The position numbers and the translations under genes are program-made. From contig OZ241917.1 in assembly GCA_965203805.1 (NCBI GenBank), forward strand, positions 2,464,001 to 2,528,000: a DNA stretch of 64,000 bases, in the 5' to 3' direction. This DNA comes from Candidatus Latescibacterota bacterium. GTDB taxonomy: Bacteria > Latescibacterota > UBA2968 > GCA-2709665. Shown piece by piece: positions 58,312 through 64,000 of this stretch. The notes beneath the pieces were generated by a model that saw only the letters and a program-made list of their open reading frames with translations, was not told the origin of the DNA and ran no database searches. The number at the start of each line of letters is the position of its first letter. Position 1 is the first letter of the stretch.

Positions 58312-58421
58312 TGTACCCTCCACGTTGCCTGCACGGCCGGCCTGCATGCGTTCAACGCGCGTTTACAGGGTACAGCGATCCATCGGTAAACTCCAGGCGA
58401 CAACCTGAACCTCGCTCCCGA

Positions 58422-61196
58422 TCACTGTGCGGCTTCCCTCACCCAGAAGAGGCCCTCCTTGGTCGCCTGCTGCCCGCTGTTCATGTCCTTTACGGTCATC
58501 CGGACCCTGCGGCGCCCCGCGGCAGCCTCTCCGATGTCCAGCGCCACGTAATCCGCAACCGAGGCGTCGGTTCCTGTCTGAACGTAACGAACGGTCACGG
58601 CCGACTCGGACCGCCCCAGAACCCTCGTCCTCAGGCGTGAGAGGCTGGTGCCGCTTTCGTCCGTGCTGTAGACCTCGTAAGTCACCTCGTAGCGCGTCGC
58701 CCCGAATTCGTCCTGCTCGAGATTGTAGATTTCGAAAAAGACAAACACGTGCTGGCCCGCATTGAAAACATGCGAAGGCAGCGGCGTGATACTCCATTTC
58801 CCGCGGACGAACTTCGGGTCGGACCCGGGCATCGCAGCGGTCACCTGCCGCGCCACGAACAGATCGCTCAGCTTCAGCCCCTCTCCGGAGTAATCCTCCA
58901 CGGAAAGCTTCTGAGAATACGCCTGCAACCGTTTCGTGTTGTGGCGCTGCACCTGCACGGCCAGTTCGTAGTTTCCCGGAAGGACATCCAGGAGATCCAC
59001 GCGGTCCAGAAGGGCCCGGTCGCGGCGCCGGCCGGAGACCGGCACCTCGAGATCCTGCTGCAGGGCCAACACCTTCGTGTACCGGCCGTCCAGCAGTGCC
59101 ACGCGCCGGTTCACCATCACGTTGTCATCCGTATCCCCGGGAAGCGCAACGTGCTCTATGGGAATGCCCACGTTGACCTGGATTTCCGTACCGGCGTTGT
59201 TCCCCCGGAACGTGACCACGTCGTAGCTGAAGTCGAGCGATTCGAAACCCGCCACGCTGAAGTACTCGGGCTCTTCCCGCGACACGGACGCGACACGGGT
59301 TGATGGCGCCAGTTCCGTGAGCCGCTGCATGAGCCGCAAATAGGCCATCTCCCCCACGTGCGGGTCCTTATCCAGATTCTTGAGGTCCTGGCTGCTCACG
59401 CCCGGCACGGGCGCATAGTCGTAGACGCCGGAGTTCTGTTCATCCGTGAATGCCACCTCAAGTCCCTTTCCGACGCCTGCATAGACCCAGACCTCCCACG
59501 GTACCGACGCCCAGTTGTGCCCCGTTGTGACCGGCTTCCACCCGCTCAGGCCGATGGCGAATTCGGGATCCAGATCGATGCCGGCTTGTATGGGAGAATC
59601 TTCGAGGTCCACCAGTTCCCGCGGCGCCGCGGCCGGGTTGCCTCCGGCGCCCGGGTCGCCCTGGTCCGGCGCGAAAACAGCCAGGTCGAGTTCCTCGATG
59701 ACCGCCGTCTGGAGGTCGCGCCGGATGTCTTCGCTGGGTTCCAGAAAGGAGCCGAGATCCGTACGAATCGGAAATACGGGCCCCACGTAGCTGATGCCGG
59801 GCCCTTGAGATCCATAGAGCTGGTAGGCCATATTGTCCTGAACGCGCTCGACCGCGGGCGGCACGTTCGGATTCGGCTCCGTTGACGAGGAGCGGTAGTC
59901 CGGTTCGCCGTACCTGATGTACACCTCGCCGCGCCGGTCCCACGGCCACTTCAGCGTGCCGTACCTCGTGCGGGCGTACCACACCCGCCGGTGGTGTTCG
60001 GCGCGGCGCATCGCGCCCCGCGAGGCCTTGAACGGGTCGCGGCGGAGCCAGAACCGCTGGAGAAACGCGGCCCGCTTTTCGGGGGGGGTGTTGCGATAGG
60101 CTTCAATTTCATGCGGCAGCCCAACCAGCGACACGTCCCGGTAAAGCGCCTGCTCTTCCGGATCCAGGCTTTCGACGTAGATCTTGAACGCGCGGAGGGC
60201 GCCCTCGTAATTTCCCCGCGCCATCAGCGCCTGCGCGAGAAGCGGCAGCGCAAGGTCGTCGGTCATCAGAGACGTAAGGGTTTCGACATCCTCGAATCTC
60301 TCTTCTTCGAGCAACTCGTTTGCAAAGGCCAGCGCTTCCGTCTGATCCGCAGGCTTCAGTTCCAGGTACTTTTCAAAATATACCATGGCGCTCTGAAGGT
60401 CGCGATCCTCACGGTGGGCCCGGGCCAGCAGCAGGTGGGCCGGCCCATATCGTGGATCGAACTCAAGCGCGCGGTCCGCGGCCCGCCTCGCTCCGGAACG
60501 TCCGGTTTCCTGGTAGACACGGGCGAGCAGATAGTGCGTTTCGGCACGGGTCGAATCGACGCGCAGCGCGGCTTCCAGATGCGGCAGCGCCCGATCGGGA
60601 TCTCCCTCCAGTTCGAAGGTCAGCCTGCCCAGGCCGCGATGCGCAGCGGCCTGCTCCGGGTCGAATTCGAGGGCGCGTTCGTACGCCGAGCGCGCACTGT
60701 CCACGGCGCCTGCCCTCAGACGCCGGCTCCCGATCTGAGCAAGCGCCCGCGCAAGATACGTGTGCGTCCAGGTATACGTGGAATCGGCGCGCAGCGCGGC
60801 TTCCAGATGGGGCAGCGCCCCCCCGGGGTCTCCCTCCAGCTCGAGCGCCACCCTGCCCAGGCCGCAATGCGCCGTGGCCAGCTTCGGGTCGAATCCGACC
60901 GCACGTTCGAACGCCGAGCGCGCATTGCGGGCTCTTCCCACCCGCAGGTATAGCATGCCGGCGCGGTTCAGGATGAGTCCCGCGTGGTCCGGATGGTCGA
61001 CAAGCGCCCGCTCCAGCGCCCGGGCCGCCTTCACCACCGCCGGCACGTCGCGCGCCTTGAGTCCGCGCTCGTACGCGGCATCCAGTTCCGACAACGGCTT
61101 TCGGGCGGCATGCGCGTTATCCGGCCAGAGACCGGCGGAGACGATCAGCGCACAACCCAGCATTGCGCGCAAACGCAATCTCCGGAAAACCTCCAT
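58422..61196 (-). CDS. TPR-repeat GWxTD-domain protein
   Basis: Signal peptide; TPRs; FW..RDP..EHHRRVWYA..WPWDRRGEVYIRYGEPD, WEVWVY; C-terminal LSDL..FFEIYNL Ig-like region. Confidence 0.88.
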   Translation of the reverse strand: MEVFRRLRLRAMLGCALIVSAGLWPDNAHAARKPLSELDAAYERGLKARDVPAVVKAARALERALVDHPDHAGLILNRAGMLYLRVGRARNARSAFERAVGFDPKLATAHCGLGRVALELEGDPGGALPHLEAALRADSTYTWTHTYLARALAQIGSRRLRAGAVDSARSAYERALEFDPEQAAAHRGLGRLTFELEGDPDRALPHLEAALRVDSTRAETHYLLARVYQETGRSGARRAADRALEFDPRYGPAHLLLARAHREDRDLQSAMVYFEKYLELKPADQTEALAFANELLEEERFEDVETLTSLMTDDLALPLLAQALMARGNYEGALRAFKIYVESLDPEEQALYRDVSLVGLPHEIEAYRNTPPEKRAAFLQRFWLRRDPFKASRGAMRRAEHHRRVWYARTRYGTLKWPWDRRGEVYIRYGEPDYRSSSTEPNPNVPPAVERVQDNMAYQLYGSQGPGISYVGPVFPIRTDLGSFLEPSEDIRRDLQTAVIEELDLAVFAPDQGDPGAGGNPAAAPRELVDLEDSPIQAGIDLDPEFAIGLSGWKPVTTGHNWASVPWEVWVYAGVGKGLEVAFTDEQNSGVYDYAPVPGVSSQDLKNLDKDPHVGEMAYLRLMQRLTELAPSTRVASVSREEPEYFSVAGFESLDFSYDVVTFRGNNAGTEIQVNVGIPIEHVALPGDTDDNVMVNRRVALLDGRYTKVLALQQDLEVPVSGRRRDRALLDRVDLLDVLPGNYELAVQVQRHNTKRLQAYSQKLSVEDYSGEGLKLSDLFVARQVTAAMPGSDPKFVRGKWSITPLPSHVFNAGQHVFVFFEIYNLEQDEFGATRYEVTYEVYSTDESGTSLSRLRTRVLGRSESAVTVRYVQTGTDASVADYVALDIGEAAAGRRRVRMTVKDMNSGQQATKEGLFWVREAAQ
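60519..60923 (-). repeat. Intragenic duplication of a two-TPR unit
   Basis: 177-bp copies at 60747-60923 and 60519-60695 (offset 228 bp): ARSAxERAxxFDP..AH.GLGR...ELEGDP..ALPHLEAALR.DST...H..LAR. Confidence 0.85.
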
Positions 61197-61221
61197 ATAC
61201 CGCTACCTCTTCGTAAACAGA

Positions 61222-61255
61222 TAGGCGGCCCTGTCGCGTTAACCAAAGCCGCCTA
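61222..61255. terminator. Possible hairpin between the PorV-family and GWxTD genes
   Basis: TAGGCGGC/GCCGCCTA 8-bp stem with a large loop and weak U tail. Confidence 0.35.
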
Positions 61256-61286
61256 GCGGGTCTATTCGAATTGCGTTACGTTACGA

Positions 61287-62261
61287 TCAGAACGATCCGG
61301 TCACCGAAAACCGCAGGGTCGCGCCGTTGTCGGGAAACTTGTCGAACTTCACGTAGGCAAAATCCGCCTGCACGTGGTGAATGCCGCGCTGAAGCCGGAC
61401 GCCCGCCCCGGCGGTAACGTCCTGCACGTCGTAGCCAAGCTTGTAGCCGGCCCTGAGCGCAACGATATTCCGCAGCCAGAGTTCGGCGCCCGCGTGCATC
61501 CGCCGCTCAACGCTCACGCTGTAGAGCGCCTCGATCGCGCCGGTCAGCGAGACGTCTTCTCCGCGCTCACCGTAGACCTCCGCCGCGGTCGCCATGCTGA
61601 AGAAAACGGGCATCTTTCCCTTGATGGCCTCATCGGTCAGGAGTACCAGGTCCTTCCCGAAGTTGCGCAACGACATGCCGATGCGCAGGCTCCGGAATCC
61701 CGTGTGGTAGAACGTGCCGACCGCCAGGTCGAAGACGCGGTAGTCGTAACCCCTGTCCAGTTTTTCTTCGATGACGCGCGCCTGGAATCCCACGGAGAAG
61801 CGCTCCGTAAACTGCTTGGCGTAGACCCCGCCCACCGCCCAGCTTCCGGTGTCCAGGATCCGGCCCGTCCCCTCCGGGTTGAATATGGTGGTTTCCTCGA
61901 TATCGCCGGTGTTGAACGCCACCAGACTCAGCGCGAGGGCGCCGTAGTCCGTATTGACGCCGACCGCCGCGGAATTCAACTGGGACTCAAGGAGCCACCT
62001 GGTGTTCGTAAACGCGAACTGCAGCCGGTTGCGCGTCATGGCCGTAAGTCCGGCGGGATTCCAGAACACGGAATTGATATCGTCCGCCACGGCCACGTAC
62101 GCGTCTCCCATCCCGGCAGCGCGCGCGCTCTGGGAAATTTCCAGGAAAGCTGCGTAGGTTTCGCCCACCGGCGTCTGGTTGGAGATTTCGGCCAACGCCG
62201 GGGCGCCCAGAACGAGGACGCCGACAAGCGCCGCAGAGCCGATCCGATAAATGCGCCTCAT
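61287..62261 (-). CDS. PorV/PorQ family outer-membrane beta-barrel
   Basis: Signal peptide; FLEI..SARAAGMGDAYVAVADD..SVFWNPAGL; ALRAGY; terminal Phe. Confidence 0.92.
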   Translation of the reverse strand: MRRIYRIGSAALVGVLVLGAPALAEISNQTPVGETYAAFLEISQSARAAGMGDAYVAVADDINSVFWNPAGLTAMTRNRLQFAFTNTRWLLESQLNSAAVGVNTDYGALALSLVAFNTGDIEETTIFNPEGTGRILDTGSWAVGGVYAKQFTERFSVGFQARVIEEKLDRGYDYRVFDLAVGTFYHTGFRSLRIGMSLRNFGKDLVLLTDEAIKGKMPVFFSMATAAEVYGERGEDVSLTGAIEALYSVSVERRMHAGAELWLRNIVALRAGYKLGYDVQDVTAGAGVRLQRGIHHVQADFAYVKFDKFPDNGATLRFSVTGSF

Positions 62262-62271
62262 GGCGACCTCC

Positions 62272-63999
62272 TTAGCGAATGATGACCAGCTTGGCGCCCT
62301 TCACCTGTCCCTGGGATTCCGCCACCAGGGACTCGACGGTGACGAAATAGACGCCGAAGGTCAACTGTGTGATGTGCGTTCTGTTGAACTGGAAGAAGGC
62401 GGCTTCACCCTCTGTCTGCGAATCGTGGTCGATCTCGCCCACCAGGTCGCCGGCTACGGAGAAGATCCTGATCTTGGCCTTCCTGGGTACGTTCAGGATC
62501 CGGATCTTGGTAGAGCCCTCGTAGGTGTGCGGCGCCTCGGGGATGTAGGGGTTCGGCACGATGAGGATATCCTTTTCCAGCCGGTCCGCGCTTGCGGTGG
62601 GCACCTGCACCGGACTGTCCGGCGATTGCCCGGTTGGAGGCAGATAGTAGGTGGAAACGTCTCCGATGCCCGACTCGTACGCGCGGACGCCGCCCTCCAC
62701 CGTGGCGCCCGTTACCCGGCTGGCGAATCCGGTGTTGGCGCTCCCCTGGTAGGAGCGTACGGCGTAGTAGTACTGGAATCCCGCGAGCGACTCCGTGTCT
62801 TCGTACGAGTACTCCGCCGAACCGTTCGCCGGTACGTCCTGAATCATCTTCCAGAGACCGGGCTGGGTCTCGGACTGGTATACGCGGTAGCCCGCCACGT
62901 CGGATTGCCCGGTATCCGGGTTGTTCGACGTTTCCGGGTCGCCCTTCCAGGTAATCAGGTTACGGGCGTTCTCGGAAGAGGACACCATCGCGTCCACGTC
63001 CGGAGGCTGGTTGGGCAGGTCGTAACCCAACGCGTAGGCCTCCTTGGCCTTATTGAGGTGGTTGAGGAGGTTGGCGAACGCGGCGCCGTTCTCTTCCTTC
63101 TTGAGTTCGCTGGTGTCTCCCGACTTCTGATAGGCCCGGAAGTTCTCTGTAACCGGCGCGGCCGCCACGTAGGCAAACACGAACTTCACCTTCTGGCCGG
63201 GCGCCAGGTCATAGGGGCCGTAGGTTTCCAGCGGGGTGTAGCCCGCGGCGATGCCGTGCCTCCCCTCCCACTCCCAACTGGGGATGGGCATATACGGCAT
63301 GGGGCCGACCGGGACGTCCGGAATCGGGAGCAACGGCACGCCCAGGTTAGGATTTCCCGAGCCCCTGCTGGGACGTTCCAGCAGCGGCTCGTTGAAGTAG
63401 GAGGGGTCCGGCGTGCTGACCAGCATGTTGTAGAGCGTTTCGTGGTTCATTTCGTTCGGGTTCGGTTCGTCCGTGAGCAACCCGACGGCGGCCGCCGCGC
63501 TGGACGGATATCGGTACAGAAAATGAAAGAAGTTGTACGCGAACGGCTGCTCATCCACCTTCGGCGCCTCGTAGGTCTCCGGATCGCCCACGAATCCGTC
63601 CGTGGGGTCCACGTCTATAGGGGCCTTGCCGATCCATGCCGGCGACGTGATGTCCCCGACGCCGGTCAGGCTGGGGAAGGTGCATTGCGCGCACCTGTGT
63701 TCGGAGCGATACGGGTCTCCAACGTCGTCGGACAGCGGACCGGTAAGGCAGAAGTTGTCCCAGTCGTACTGGTAGGTCAGCCGCAGGCCGCGGGCGGATT
63801 CCGGGCCATCGTAGTTCGGAGACTCCGTATACTTGATCTTGTCGTCCTGGGAATTGTCCAGGGGTCCGAAATTGCTGCTGCACCCGTCTCCCGTGCCGTA
63901 GTCGGAATAGTACGCCCTGTAACTGACCCGGGAGACGCCCGCGGATGACGGCAGGAACCGGTGATGGAAGGAAAAATAGACGTTCGTGAGATTGTGCCC
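62272..63999 (-). CDS. Secreted protein with FN3-like domain and T9SS type-A-like C-terminal sorting domain; 5'-truncated by window edge
   Basis: Manual translation shows the frame open from 63999; LITW..VAGYRVY..YYYAVRSY; IVPNPY..IRIFSVAGDLV..GVYF..KLVIIR. Confidence 0.88.
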   Translation of the reverse strand, partial: GHNLTNVYFSFHHRFLPSSAGVSRVSYRAYYSDYGTGDGCSSNFGPLDNSQDDKIKYTESPNYDGPESARGLRLTYQYDWDNFCLTGPLSDDVGDPYRSEHRCAQCTFPSLTGVGDITSPAWIGKAPIDVDPTDGFVGDPETYEAPKVDEQPFAYNFFHFLYRYPSSAAAAVGLLTDEPNPNEMNHETLYNMLVSTPDPSYFNEPLLERPSRGSGNPNLGVPLLPIPDVPVGPMPYMPIPSWEWEGRHGIAAGYTPLETYGPYDLAPGQKVKFVFAYVAAAPVTENFRAYQKSGDTSELKKEENGAAFANLLNHLNKAKEAYALGYDLPNQPPDVDAMVSSSENARNLITWKGDPETSNNPDTGQSDVAGYRVYQSETQPGLWKMIQDVPANGSAEYSYEDTESLAGFQYYYAVRSYQGSANTGFASRVTGATVEGGVRAYESGIGDVSTYYLPPTGQSPDSPVQVPTASADRLEKDILIVPNPYIPEAPHTYEGSTKIRILNVPRKAKIRIFSVAGDLVGEIDHDSQTEGEAAFFQFNRTHITQLTFGVYFVTVESLVAESQGQVKGAKLVIIR

Positions 64000-64000
64000 G

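Overview
GC-rich bacterial chromosome segment, most consistent with an FCB-group lineage such as Ca. Latescibacterota or a relative. This is inferred from a PorV-family barrel, a T9SS-like CTD, a GWxTD protein, a dockerin-like tail, DUF6785-type membrane proteins and a short Bacteroidota-type RpoD. Layout: (1) 1-6.1 kb, 3' end of a PVM-like bacterial microcompartment locus (aldehyde dehydrogenase, two EutN/CcmL, class II aldolase with encapsulation peptide, atypical acetate kinase), followed by a separately promoted BMC-H shell gene with a Rho-N-like tail behind a structured leader. (2) 6.3-17.6 kb, housekeeping and envelope genes. (3) 17.7-25.5 kb, carbohydrate catabolism genes. (4) 25.5-29.8 kb, a decaying toxin-antitoxin patch in which a HEPN toxin stub is fused in frame to a secreted metallopeptidase. 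(5) 29.9-41.3 kb and 51.5-64 kb, minus-strand sugar/amino-sugar modification and uptake genes with a duplicated oxidoreductase + DUF6785 module, an active/inactive homocysteine methyltransferase pair and a CTD protein-PorV-GWxTD-TonB operon. (6) 41.6-51.4 kb, an AT-rich two-gene island encoding a 1779-aa DEAH/DUF1998 helicase and a 1490-aa partner with sigma70-r4 and winged-helix domains. The island is the best candidate for an uncharacterised, Druantia-III-like anti-phage system. No tRNA, rRNA, CRISPR array, integrase or transposase was recognised. All calls come from motif recognition by eye; no searches or computations were run.
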